Shown here piece after piece: positions 13,908-26,556 of a stretch of DNA of 64,000 nucleotides. The stretch lies in contig CM060731.1 of assembly GCA_030704615.1 (NCBI GenBank), positions 59,148,001 to 59,212,000 of the forward strand, in the 5' to 3' direction. Both the position numbers and the translations under genes were made by a program. The stretch comes from Takakia lepidozioides. Taxonomy: Eukaryota > Plantae > Bryophyta. Below the pieces are notes generated by a model, which was given only the letters and a program-made list of their open reading frames with translations, was not told the DNA's origin and made no database searches. How positions within the stretch are numbered: position 1 is the stretch's first letter; the number at the start of each line of letters is the position of its first letter.

Positions 13908-14159
13908 TTACGCAATACGTTTCCGGAGTCTCTGTTGGATGGTACGCTCCGCAGCGAGTCCTGCAGTGAGAAGAGTGTGTCCTACCTAATAACACAAATG
14001 ATTTTCTGGAGGATTCCGCATCCAAGGGGTGATCGGTTCACGTAAAATGAAGGTATGTACCGTACGTTACAAAAACGGACGACAACAGCATTTCACATCG
14101 GATATTGGTGCCTGAATTGTAATGTACAACCACTTGGGCTACAATAAATCGGCCCTTCC

Positions 14160-16040
14160 CATGAATTTCGGCACCGAAATCGGATGAACATCTCTGTCAT
14201 GTAACAACTTTGGAAGCCAGGGGATGAATTCCGGCGACAGAAATAGTAATTTGTTCACGTCATGAAACTAACCAAGCACCCAACGGATGGATTTCGGTGC
14301 CGAAATTCGGATGAACATCTTCTTCATCAATGTGTTCCTGATTACAGTCGTGATTCACCACGTGTCCGGATATCGGTGCTGACATCCGAATGACAGTAAT
14401 CCTGAATCGGCAAAATGGATGTATTTCGGCCCCGAAATTCATTCTTCATCTCCTTTTCCGACCCTAATTCTGCTGCCCTGCGGATGGATTTCAGTGCCAA
14501 ATTCATCTGAATTTTTTTTTTTTTTTTTTTTTTTCTTTGCGACAGATGAACTTCGGCGCCGAATCTCATCCACGTACTCCCTTCTAATTTTCCTTTTTCT
14601 TCGCGAGCAATGAATTTCGGCGCCGAAATTCATCCGAAGTCCTCCCGAATTAATTTTTTTCTTCGCGAGCAATGAATTTCAGCGCCGACATTCATCCGAA
14701 GTCTCCCGATTAATTTTTTTCTTCGCGAGCAATGAATTTCGGCGCGAAATTCATCCGAAGTCCTCCCGAAATTTTTTTTTTCTTCGCGAGCAATGAATTT
14801 CGGCGCCAAATTCATCCGAAGTCCTCCCGAAATTTTTTTTTTCTTCGCGAGCAATGAATTTCGGCGCCGAAATTCATCCGAAGTCCTCCGGATTTTATTT
14901 TTCTTCGCGAGCAATGAATTTCAGCGCCGAATTCATCGAAGTCCTCCCGAAATTTTTTTTTTTCTTCGCGAGCAATGAATTTCGGCGCCGAAATTCATCC
15001 GAAGTCCTCCCGAATTTTATTTTTTTCTTCGCGAGCAATGAATTTCGGCGCCGAAATTCAACCGACTCCATCCCTCCAAATTCTTTTCAGGGTTTGAGCA
15101 CCGGATTTCGGCGCCGAAATTCATCCAATGCCCTCCCTCCAATATTTATTTTTCTTTGAAATGGATGAATTTCGGCGCCGAAATTCATCCTTACTGTCCG
15201 CAATGAGTAACTCTAATATTACATTTTCTATGCGACGGATGAATTTTGGCGCCGAAATTTGTCCAAACCCGACACTTACTATTTGCTTCTAGATGATATA
15301 ATTTTCGGTAAATCGTTGGAAATACCCCGTTCCGACGAGATAACAGGAATATTCTGCATTTAATGGAGAAATCGGCATATTAAACCCCTTCTGTCAAAAT
15401 TAATTGCATTTTAGCCGTTTTTTTTCCTTTGAAACCGACAGTATCCATTAAGTGGTCTTTTTCGCACGGGACGTTGCCGCACATAAAGTATAATTTCGGC
15501 GCCGAAATTATAGTTAAATGTCCAGAAATGGCAAGTCCAACAGGCATGGACAACATCCGTCAGGGGCAATGATGGCGGCAAAGCATAGCATGGTGCCGAT
15601 TTAGTCTTCGCTCTGGATGAATTTCGGCGCCGAAATATGGATGATTTCACCTCGTCTACGCACGGACGGAGATATTCGTAATGAATTTCGGCGCCAAAAT
15701 ATGGATGAAATGTGCCCAAGTGCAGCCTTTTCCACTGTCCCGGAATTAATTCCGGCTCCGATATCCCACTGACAGGTTTGCTCATGACGAATGAGGACTT
15801 GGGAAGCGATGAATTGCGGCGCCGAAATTTGTAAATTTGTGTATGAAAGCACTTGAATAGGATGAATTTCGGCGCCGAAATTCATCCGTCCGTTGATGAA
15901 ACGTACCGACCTGACTGTTGAATGTCATAGGCAGGGGATTTTCATGGCGGTTGGGTTTCATGATGTGCGGATATTTCATTCAATGTCGGCTGCTCCGGGA
16001 ACAGCATCCGGTGAACGGAAGGTATTTCGGTGCCGCAATT
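14160..16040. repeat. Array of palindrome ATGAATTTCGGCGCCGAAATTCAT; core tandem of ~58-bp units at 14540-15065
   Basis: About 8 tandem units plus dispersed copies; perfect 28-bp palindromes at 15163-15190 and 15860-15887. Confidence 0.95.
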
Positions 16041-16126
16041 CAGATCTTTTCTTTGAGGTTCAATGAACACTTACCTGGCATGTCTCTGAGGTTCAATGAA
16101 CACTTATCTGGCATGTCTCACCTTGC

Positions 16127-16311
16127 AGCTCAAACAGTGTGCGTCAACGCACACTGTTTGAGCTCACCTTTTCTTTTTTTTTCATCTGAAAATCGGCCAC
16201 TAAGGGCTTCTCATTGAGGTTCAATGAACACTTACCTGGCATGTCTTTGAGGTTCAATGAACATTTACCTTGCAGCTCAAACAGTGTGCGTCAACGCACA
16301 CTGTTTGAGCT
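16127..16311. repeat. Two copies of 38-bp hairpin AGCTCAAACAGTGTGCGT-CA-ACGCACACTGTTTGAGCT
   Basis: 18-bp arms and 2-nt loop, at 16127-16164 and 16274-16311; same motif occurs six times at 45403-46017. Confidence 0.9.
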
Positions 16312-16410
16312 CACCTTTTCTTCCACACATGGCCTGTCTGCCATGCTCAAACACCATCGTCTCATGCCTCACACTTATATCAATTTGAATGGACAACCCT
16401 GCTGGAGAAG

Positions 16411-18485
16411 ATGCAAAGTGTGGCGGAGGAGATTCCTTTGGGGCTGGGGAAGGAGATCATTGTTGATGTTGACGATGAGTTCTATGAAAGCAAAGCCGCT
16501 GAGATGCTGGGGGGTCAGAAGGTAAACTCTCAACTTGTGGTGCAAAGTATGCTTGCCCCGGGTGGGAGGTTGAAAATTCCCCTGTGTAGGATGGTTTCCA
16601 TGCCCGTCGTTCGACCACCCCTCATCAAGGACATTCTCAAGCTAGAGGCCGAGTTTGTTCATGGGTATTTGGATGGATCCGCTGTGTTTTACGTTTGTAC
16701 AAAGGATTCCAGAGGCAATGAGCTCCTTGTGGATGAGTCAATCGTGGACTCCTGGGATCCTATTTGGAGACAGGTGAACAAATCCTTCGAACTTCTTCTC
16801 TCCAGGAAACCTTCCACCCAGGCATTCTCGGGGAAGATGTTTCACGTTTGGGATGGGAACCACCGGTTGCTTGCATGGATGGCTGTCATTGGGAGGCTGC
16901 ACTCACAGGAGGAAGAGTGGCATTACTCTGTTCGATCGATGGTGCTGGATTGTGAGGGGAACATGATGGGTAGAGTGCCACACTGTGGCTCTCCATTTCC
17001 TCATGTATGCTTCGAAGGAGACCTTCGGTGCTGTCATAGTGATGCCATAGTCAGCCAGCTGAGTATGCAGAACCGACCGTGCCCTTTCTTCCAACTGCAA
17101 AACAATTCAAATGCAAGAATGAACCCAAAAACAATCACAGCGAATGTGAGAGGCAATGGAGAGAGAAGGACAGGAAAAGAGAAAAGAAAGTGACATAAGA
17201 AAGGACATCACACCTGGCTCCAGTAAGTGGCCTTGTGAAGCCATGTATCCAGCACATTGTCACTGACAGGAATGACACGCTTGGTCTTCTTCTCTTTCTC
17301 CGGCCTGGGGAACATGTGGGTATCCCTAACTGTGGGATCGGAGTTCCATATCTGTAGCCACTTCACCTTCTGTTCCGAAGACACAACGGCGGTAGACAAC
17401 CTGTGTAACTTCTCCTGGGCCATCTCTGGCTTGCCTGGCTTGTTATAATGGTTTTTTATCTCCAGGAGAAACTGCGATCCGAATGATGGGTCGGCAATTC
17501 TCAACTGCTTCACAAAAGCACTCATTATAGTCCTTCTTGTAGCGGTCATCTCTTTTTGGATGTGACTCTCAACCCCCTTTGCTGTCCTTCTCTCCTCAAG
17601 GGGTTGACCTGTAGTATTCCAGTTTGCCACGCTCCCCTGCATCTGCAATGTCTTGCTGCAAGGGAATGCACGAGAGTTGCATCAACCCAAGGGCAAGGGA
17701 AACAAACAGAAACAAACATGTGGAAGCAGGAATATGGAAAGGGCAGATGAAAAAAGATGTATCTCACCGTGTACATGTACTCCATGAAAGCCTCACGTGT
17801 CAACGAGTACCACGTTTCCGATGTCTTGGAGCTTTCGCACTTCTTGTACGTCTCTGCTGAAATGATGGTCTTGAAGTTGGTCAAGGGCATCTGCCCGATC
17901 CTTTGTATCCTATACAGTGTGTGAACCAAACTCGTTTTGACATGCGATGTCTCCGTTCCTCTGCAGAATGATATCTGAAAGTCAAAATGAAATTCAAGGA
18001 CTTTAATCAAAGAACCACGGAACTACAAGTGGAACATGTAGAATGAGAAACCAACCTGTTCACATCATTCATTCCCTGCTGGCAACCAGACCATGTTTAC
18101 TACTGGGATCTTGCATGACTGGGGCCCAGACCATCTTTCTTCTTGTGGTTGGTATTTGGATTGCCCTCCTTCTGAGACCCCAGCTCCGGAGGTGTCTTTG
18201 AGGAGAGAGAATCAGCGAATTGCAGTCACTGCCACAGCAGCCGACCTCGACATTCATGAACGAAATTTGAGGACTCTTGCAGAGAAGGAGCCTCCCGCTC
18301 AGGATACCCCGGGTAGAGGTAGAAAGGCAAAGGGAAAAGATGTTGCTGGTGTTGTGGGGAAAGGAAGGGGTAGAGGGAAGGTGGCACAAGGGGAGGGAAG
18401 TGTTGCAGATATTGGCCTAGTGGTGCATGTCCAGCAGACTCCACCGCATGGTAGGGGATCCGTGAGAAAGAACAAGGCAGCGCGT
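16411..18485 (+). pseudogene. ParB/Srx-domain cargo gene of B1 (N-terminal and middle exons; ~16971-18080 inverted)
   Basis: LKIPLCRMVSMPVVRPP...KLEAEFVHGY...MFHVWDGNHRLLAWM (ParB-like Box I/II). Minus-strand segments 17208-17648 and 17546-18010 match element A exons 2-4. 18093-18485 matches A exon 6 (WYLDCPP vs WYVDLPP). Confidence 0.8.
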
Positions 18486-18829
18486 GTCGAGGAAAGTCTA
18501 TGATACACAACCTGCTCACTATCTTCTTGAGACTCAGGTAAACGTACCCTCTCTTTGCAATGTTTGTGTGGGCTCTCAGTACTTTACAATCCTTCTACAC
18601 TTACTACTGTACTGTATTGGACTATGTTGGAGTTTGTCAAGTGCCATTGTATTGTTTGGGTTGCCTCACAAGTACATTTTCCCTAGACAAGGTACATTGT
18701 CATCTATAAACCTACCAGTGGACTGAGATTACTGTACTCAATTGTGGACACTATGTCCAGCTCATGTCCTGAATTGGAGTGTCTTCAAGATGTCCCTCAT
18801 GTTCATGGACTGGTACTCATTGTAATGTG

Positions 18830-19229
18830 ACTAGGATGGACTAGAAGTAGGATTCACTAGCATGCACTCCATATATTATGACCAGATAGGACAGAATAGC
18901 ATGCAATCCTTGTAATTTGAGTTGGAGGGACTAGAAGTAGATGTACATGTACTCCTTGAAATGTACATGTACTCCATTAGTACATGCACTCCTTGAAATG
19001 TGACTAGAAAATGACAACGACTAGGACTAGGACCGATTTGGACATGCACTCCCTCAAATGTGACTAGAAAGGACTAGACTGGGACTGATTTGGACATGCA
19101 TTCCTTGATATGTGACTAGAAAGAAGTAGGACTAGGACTGATTAGGACATGCATTCCTTGATATGTGACTAGAAAGGACTAGGACTAGGACTGAGTAGTA
19201 CATGCATTCCTTGATATGTGACTAGAAAG
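18830..19229. repeat. Intronic ~49-bp satellite (GACTAGAAAGGACTAGGACT...CATGCATTCCTTGATATGT), left part
   Basis: Tandem copies; continues at 32474-32670 on the other side of element A. Confidence 0.9.
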
Positions 19230-19469
19230 GAGGTTAGCTATTTCATGAGCATGAGCGGCATGAGCGGCATGAGCGGAGTAGCAAGACAATCGGTTTTCCT
19301 GAGCAGAAGTACAAATTTCAAAAATAAAAAACATTATAAAACATTAATTTAATGGAATGTGTCAGAAAAAACAAATATATTATTCGGCACCTTGAAGGGG
19401 AAATTGTAGTTTTGAGAGTTGTGCTCATGATATTTTGTCTTCCGCTCATGCCAATTCCCAGCGACATGT

Positions 19470-19860
19470 GCAAAAATGGCGCCGAATTTCGCGGTAACCG
19501 GAAAGAATCGCGACGTATTTCGCGGTAATAGGTCTCTCTGGCGAAAAATGGTGCCGAATTCCGCGGCTATAGGTCCCCTCATGACAAGTGTGTAAGCCCA
19601 AAATTTGGAAATGTGGCGCCGAATTTCAGTACATGGTGCCGGGGATTGCACAGATGTTGGGCAGTTCTGGGCCATGTAACTGGAAATTCGGCGCCATTTT
19701 TCCAGACATCGTTCCCGAGCATGTTCGGACTTAGCCAGTTTTCGGCCCAAAACAGGGAAATTCGGTGCCATTTTTCCTGACACATGGGTACCAGTGCATG
19801 TTGGGACTTAGCCAGTTTTCGGCCCAAAATAGAGAAATTCGGCGCCATTTTTCCAGAAAT
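19470..19860. repeat. Subterminal copies of AAATTCGGCGCCATTTTTCC motif, both orientations
   Basis: About 6 copies; same motif as the intronic array 29200-29900. Confidence 0.85.
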
Positions 19861-20011
19861 GGCCCCACAATTGCTTCTGTTGGATCTCAGTTTGAATGGA
19901 ATATTGCCTCATTCCAGGAGTTTTGGGGTTCATTTCATTACACTGCAAAAAAAAGTCTGATACATGAAAATGCAATTGAAAATATCCATATGGAGGATTC
20001 CCTTTGCCCCA

Positions 20012-23000
20012 TCAATGATTTCTAGAATCCCTAAGGAGGAGTTTGTGCAGCTCGTTCACGCTCAACGCTGGTGCATAAATAAAATCATCAATAGTCACGT
20101 TCATCCTCAACCTCTTCAGGTAAATGTAATACAGATGCTTGCACGGATAATACTTTGAACCCTTCTTTGCTTCCATCAACGAGAAGTCCGTACAATTGCA
20201 AGTCGGCTCCACTCCAATCGTAATTGTGTATACATCGTCGCGTACAGCCGAGCCGGCCGTTGCCATCCGATAAACACGCCCAAGGCCGGGTGGAGGTACG
20301 TCCACGGAGCTTTGAATAGTGCAAGCCATCCCAAGAGCATTGACAATCCGAGTCTCATTCAACTTGTTGGGAGGGTGTCGTCTCTTCACTCTTCCGAATC
20401 GCATTGTGGGATGTGCAGAATTGTCCAATCCGTCTCTACTGGACCGAGCAGTCTGCAATGGCTAGGTCTCAGGAACTGGAAATGCGTGGGCCGGGACGTC
20501 TGTGCGCTGCACCATTCGAAATCCTGCTGCAGATAGAGCATCCGCCTCATTCTGAGAGAGGCTGCAACCTGATGCAACAGGCCAGACGCCCGGAGGCTCC
20601 GGCATTCCCTGAATCCCGTACTTGGGCATGTCAAATACATAGGTCATTATGTCGTGCCTACAGAACCAAAACGTCTGCGTTGTGGCGTGAGCAAATGTGG
20701 GAGTCAAAAATCTGCCGCTGAAACAAGGTGCAGGTACAGCACCGTGTGGGTTCCTCCGAATCATCTCACCACAGCGTGCTCTCGTATCCACCCGAATGGC
20801 GCAGCACTTCCCTTGAAATGCCGGCAATGTCCTTGCAATTCTCCACTGTGACTCTGACACTCTTGTCTCCACAATGGATATATTGTACTGCGTTACCACA
20901 GATGGCTCGTTATGTTCCTCGGGCACGTGCCCTGTGCTCAAAGGAGATGGCAATCTTGAACGTGCAGGACTTGCGGTGCTCGACGAGACCTCCTCGGGCA
21001 ACATCACGGGACCACGAGGGAGCGTGCAAATATTCTTGTCAGCTCGCCATGAATCCTCTTCCCCGCCAGGTGCCTCGTCAAGTCTTCGTCTCACTGGACG
21101 GGTATGAACATCTCCTTCCAAATGTTGGCCTCTTCGAAGCAATGGCGTGTCCCGAAGGCCCTCTCGCAAGGCCGCCGCCCACTTCCGAGGATTCTTCGAT
21201 CTGGAGGCAGTCCGCATCAGCATTTCTTGCCTGTCCGGCCCCAAGCCCCACTGTTTCCCTTTCAAGAACTCGTTGTACCTGCATTGTTGCATAATTGACC
21301 TCACAATGTCCTCCGTTGTGGCAGTGAGGATGTCCACCAGATGCGCTGCAGAGGAGGCACGCCAGGATGAATGCACTGATTCGGCCATGTTTGTCGTGGG
21401 CATGTCGGTGTCGGAGTCGAGAGCCAGAGGTCCACGAAATCTGGATGTTTGTCTAAGCAATTCTCTTCCATGAGAACAAACTTTATGTACCTGCAGGAAC
21501 AGAGACAGCCTCATCATGCAATGCAATTATTGTCTCTCAGCTTTTCCATCACACCAGGAAGACCCCCTTAAACTGTATGCGTCACAGTACATTGCAACCA
21601 CAGCACACTAAGTAGCCTGAACGGCCTAGGGTGTGCACCTGTAAAGGCATCGTTTCCAGGCTTCCTCTCCTTTTTCTTGCTGGTCAAGGTCATGTGTTCG
21701 ACTGATGCCACCCTCCTTGCTGAACTCTCTAAAGAAAGCTGCACAAGCACATGTTGAGGTTACAAGCAAGTTACAAATAATGCCAAGAATAATATTCAAC
21801 GGGACGCGAATTCATGCAATTCACCTCCCGCATATAGTCGCCAAACTGGAGGAAACGATAATGCCACCATGCTAGCCAACTGACCATTGCTCCCTCGTCT
21901 GATTTCCTTACAGCACCTGACAATGTCCACCAAGCCCATATACATGCAAACTGTGTCTTTGCATCATCCAAGGTGGGAGCGCGCTTCCATGCAAGACACA
22001 TGGAACGGTGCTCCTCTCTGAAATCTGGCGCCACGAGCCTGGTTGTGTACTGCAAAAGGCTCTGCAGAAAATGGAACCCTTAAGATCTCTCCTTGCCTTC
22101 CATGGGAACATTGGGGTCTTGCCCGTACACCCTTCGGATGGCAGCCCAATTTGCTTGTGCGTTGTCCGCCATGAAACCACGGAAATTGGGAGGGGGCAAT
22201 CCCGCCTTGGCCATCTGTTCGTTTATTCCCTGCCAAAGAAGCATCTCCGATTGTGTGTCCTCTCATTTCATCTCACAAATAGCAATTGTCATTAGCATCT
22301 TGCAGTGGGTGTCGTAGACATGTGCACCCATTGTCACCCACTGGTGATTTGTAATTTGCTTGATATGGTCGAACATGACCCAACTGTTTGACAAGTCCCC
22401 ACTCGTCATCCTGTCGACCAGTTCGACGCCGCTGCCAGGTCCACACGTGGACATTTTGATTACGAAACAACGATCTCCCTCAGTCCCTTGTCCTGGAAAC
22501 CTACTTCCATGAATGTAGTCATATCCACATCGTCGCTTCACCTCCAGAATGGAGTGCATATCCGAGCCACGCCCAATTTTCTGTTTGCATGAGACAATGT
22601 GGTTTCGGACATTCGGTGAACATACGTGGGACACCGACTCCAACAATGCCTCCATTTCCTTCTCATCGAGAGGAACTCTATCGGAGCCGTCTTTCGACAT
22701 AATTCTGGCCAAGGCCATCTTATGGGCGGCTTGGAGCTGTATCTGTTTGGGTTTGGCACCCGGTCTCAACTTAACCTCCTCCTGAACGAGCTGCTCTGCC
22801 TCGTGGGCAGCCTCTTGCAAGTTCCCCCTCGCCAATTTGTGACAATGGGAACCAACGTGTATGCAAGCTCGGGTGAGGTCAGGGAAACGGTGCAATACAT
22901 TGAACTGCTTGGCATTACAAACAGACATGCAGTGTGGTGGTTCTTTGCAATGCGCACACTTAAATGTGGAGTTCGGAACCTCTCCTGAGCACGAAATGGT

Positions 23001-23953
23001 TGATGAGCTGTGCCTGTCCAATCGGTCTCGTTCCTGTGACCTCTGGATTTAAAATGGAAGCACGTTGGGGAGAAACACCGCAACGCGCCTGCACAAACAA
23101 CGTAGCGCACCCGCACACCATCAAGCATCTTCATGCTGGTGGTTTTGGTGACGCACCAAGGATGACCATCATGTTTTCTATCCATATCTGTCAACATTCC
23201 GGACGCCCTCGAGTAGTCCGTCCGAGGAGGGAACTCAAAGAAGATATTACCGTCGACGTCTGCGGGAAGGCATGTAACCGATTTAATTGCGAACTTGCTG
23301 TAGTCCAGCCCGGCCAGCTCCGAGCGGTGTCCCTCCATGTGAAGCCCTCGCATAATTTCAAGAATAGATCGAACTGCGGTGCTCGTGCTGGGAATATGAC
23401 TCCCTCGTCCACTGACGTCCATTGAGGACTTGCCTGATCTCTAGGACGACCTCGGAACTTCCATGCCCTCGTCTGAGTTGGACAGGTTGTGAACAACCCA
23501 GTTCTCGCTCGTCTTCATGGATGGGTTCGGCTCTGGATTTACTTCGTTGCGGACTTCTCTCTTTGAGGTAGCCACTCTCTGATTCGCGGATTGTTTCGTG
23601 GAAGGCGCCAGGATAGAAGGTGCATTTGGCGGGCAAATGAAGTCCCCAACAGCCCTGTATATGACGTTGTCCGATGGTGGAACTCGCCATTCCCTGCCAT
23701 CGCCGAAATCATCGTGGAGCACAACAATACTCTCGACAACAACGCCGTTTGAGTCCTTCCTTTCCTCCTCCAAAAAAACCGACCCCGGTTTCAGGTGGTA
23801 TCGAACGCACAGATATTTCTCCATCACCCGACAGATGTCCCCTCTGCACGGAAATGAAGCTCTATGCTTGTGAGGAGGGCAGTACACTGTAGCGCTCGGG
23901 TTTTCCGCCATGGGAGATGTGCACACAAGACTCCTAGGATGGCGTGCGGGCAA
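20012..23953 (-). pseudogene. MULE transposase of element A (GCM-like DBD, DDE core, SWIM)
   Basis: DGHPWC..CAGALRC...CAHC...RACIHVGSHCH; catalytic MFDH, FMADNAQAN, NMAESVH; SWIM CNCTDF...CKHLYYI. Disrupted by stops (22263, ~22081, ~20460) and a frameshift near 23020. Confidence 0.9.
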
Positions 23954-24199
23954 GCTCCCTGGTAGAAGGGGGATGCAGCGATGGGAAGGAATGCGGTGCC
24001 GATTTGTCCGAGCGATGAAGCCTGATCCAAATCCAGGGAGCCAACTATCTCAAAAATCCACAGTCAGAGTGTTAATGAACCTTGTCTCAGGAATGCGGCC
24101 CATGGTCTTTGTGCAATAACTGCCAACGGTATGCAGTCAGAAAGTGGGGGGCCGTCCGGATGATATCGGCTGAAGGGGAGAAGCCGGCACCGTGCCATC

Positions 24200-25920
24200 A
24201 CATTACTACCCCCGGATGAAAATTCGGCACCGAATATCCAGCAGGGGCTGCACGAATGAAGTCGCCTCGGGCAGAGAGGCCGGAACCTGTCCGACAAAGA
24301 ACAACCCCCGGATGGAAATTCAGCGCCAAATTTCCATTCGGATCCCCCCAAAAGAAGTCGTGTCGGGGGGTCAGGCCGAAAATTGGCCGACATAAAAACC
24401 TCCCCGGATGGAAAAACGGCGCCGGATTTCCATCCAAGGCCGTTCGGATGCAGTCGGGGAGGGGGGAGAGGCCGGCACCTAGCCCTCACATTACAACCCC
24501 CGGACGGAAATTCGGCACCGAATATCCAACAGGGGAAGCCCGGATGAAGTCGCCTCGGGCGTAGAGGCCGGCACTTGTCCGTCAGATACCATCCCCCGGA
24601 TTGAAATTCGCCGCCGAATTTCCATCCGGGCCCCCTTAAAGGAAGTCCGGTCGGGTGGTGAGGCCCAAAACTGGGCGATATAAAAACCGAACAGGATGGA
24701 AAAACGGCGCCGAATTTCCGTCCGAGGCCGTTCGGATTTCCCTCTAGCAGTCAAGGATTCCATGAAAAACGTGTCTAAAAAAGGACTTCAGCCACAAAAC
24801 TAAAAGTTTACTTTGTTTTTCTCCGAAAAACCAAGCGGCCACGCTCAGAATTACCTCCAGGAAGGTAGTTCGGCGCTTCGACTTACCAGGCGAATGGAAA
24901 TTCGGCGCCGAATTTCCATCCGCCAGCGATCCGAGTAACCTATTGGATGGAAATTCGGCGCCGGATTTCCATCCGCCCGCGATCCGAGTAACCTATTGGA
25001 TGGAAATTCGGCGCCGAATTTCCATCCATCCGGGCTTCGAATTACCTGCAGGATGGAAATTCGGCGCCGAATTTCCATCCTGATCCGCTCCGAATTACCT
25101 GCATGACGCAAATTTTGCGCGCCGCCCTACCTGCCAGATGGAAATCCGGCGCCGGATTTCCATCCATCCGCTCTGAATTACCTGCGTGGCGGAAATTTCG
25201 CGCCCCGCCCTACCCGGCAGGATGGAAATCCGGCGCCGGATTTCCATCCATCCGGCTCCGAATTACCTGCCTGGCGGAAATTTCGCGCCCCGCCCTACCT
25301 GGCAGGATGGAAATCCGGCGCCGGATTTCCATCCATCCGGCTCCGAATTACCTGTGTGGCGGAAATTTCGCACGCCGCCCTACCTGGCAGAATGGAAATC
25401 CAGCGCCGGATTTCCATCCATCCGCTCTCCGAACAACGTGGCGGATGGAAATTCGGCGCCGGATTTCCATCCATCTGGCTCCGAATTACCTGCCTGGCGG
25501 AAATTTCGCGCCCCGCCCTACCTAGCAGGATGGAAATCCGGCGCCGGATTTCCATCCATCCGCTCTCCGACCAACCTGGCGGATGGAACTCCGACGCCGG
25601 ATTTCCATCCATCCGGCTCTGAATTACCTGCGTGGCGGAAATTTCGCGCGCCGCCCTACGTGGCAGGATGGAAATCCGGCGCCGGATTTCCATCCATCCG
25701 GCTCCGAATTACCTGCCTGGCGGAAATTTCGCGCCCCGCCCTACTTGGCAGGATGGAAATCCGGTGCCGGATTTCCATCCATCCGGCTCCGAATTACCTG
25801 CGTGGCGGAAATTTCGCGCGACGCCCTACCTGGTAGGATGGAAATTCGGCGCTGAATTTCCATCCTGCTGCTCTCCGAATTACCTGCATGACGGTAATTT
25901 TGTGCGCCGCCGTACCTGGC
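24200..25920. repeat. Central array of palindrome GGATGGAAAT(T/C)CGGCGCCG(A/G)ATTTCCATCC
   Basis: About 14 copies in ~43-74-bp units at 24890-25870; perfect 34-bp palindrome at 25049-25082; degenerate ~290-bp duplication at 24200-24760. Lies between the two divergent genes. Confidence 0.95.
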
Positions 25921-26269
25921 GGATGGGCATTAAATGTCCACCGCCGTCCGTTTTTATTGGGGCTGGCGACACATGGCTTCCTTGATACGTACCCTAAATC
26001 TGATGCTAATCTTGGATTAACTTCTATTCGAGGCATGTACCCCAAAAAACTGAGATCTTTTTCCATTTTGGCTGGGACTTATGCCGCCTGAAGGGCGTGG
26101 CTCTCCTGAGAGAGACCTCACATCCAGACCGCGGCGGAAGTTGAAAGCTTTGTACTACGGACGACGGCCAATCTCTCGCATGGCCAAACTTAAGCTCCAG
26201 CAGGAGATTCCAGTGTCTTGCTCACAACCCGCGCCAACTGAAGCCGAGTACTCTCAGGCAAGCCACTTC

Positions 26270-26342
26270 TGCTTTGGCTTTGTTTGCTTTCGCTTTTGCT
26301 TTCGCTTTCGCTTTTGCTTTGTTGTTTCGCTTTGTTTTTGCA
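26270..26342. repeat. (TTTCGC/TTTTGC)n hexamer microsatellite
   Basis: Direct reading of the sequence. Confidence 0.8.
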
Positions 26343-26556
26343 TCTTCATCCTGGCATCGCTGGAAGCATGTCATTCTTAGGCATTGGTTGGATTTGTTTT
26401 CATTGTTGTTCCATGGCACTCCATACTTCCTAAACTTGTTTTGTTTTCATTGTTGTTCCACGATTGTTGCTATGGTGGTTGCGCTGCTGGTTTTGGCACC
26501 GATGTTGGTTCTGACGATTTTGGGAATGACAGAGTGACGACGAGCCCGGCACGCTG

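Larger units (their letters stand above)
11053..18485. mobile_element. Mutator-like element B1 (internally deleted and rearranged; probable tail at 36820-38052)
   Basis: Terminus GGGGGTTGCTATTCCATGAGC plus ATGAGC repeats; transposase C-terminus on -, palindrome arrays, ParB-type gene on +. Shares the 38-bp hairpin repeat with B2. Confidence 0.8.

Noticed and set aside
14540-15065. CRISPR-like array of 24-bp palindromes
   Set aside because: Intervening sequences are near-identical, so this is a tandem repeat.
24851-25985. Multiple overlapping MEIRRRISI ORFs (also MNFGAEIH ORFs at 14260-15885)
   Set aside because: By-products of stop-poor palindromic repeats read on both strands.
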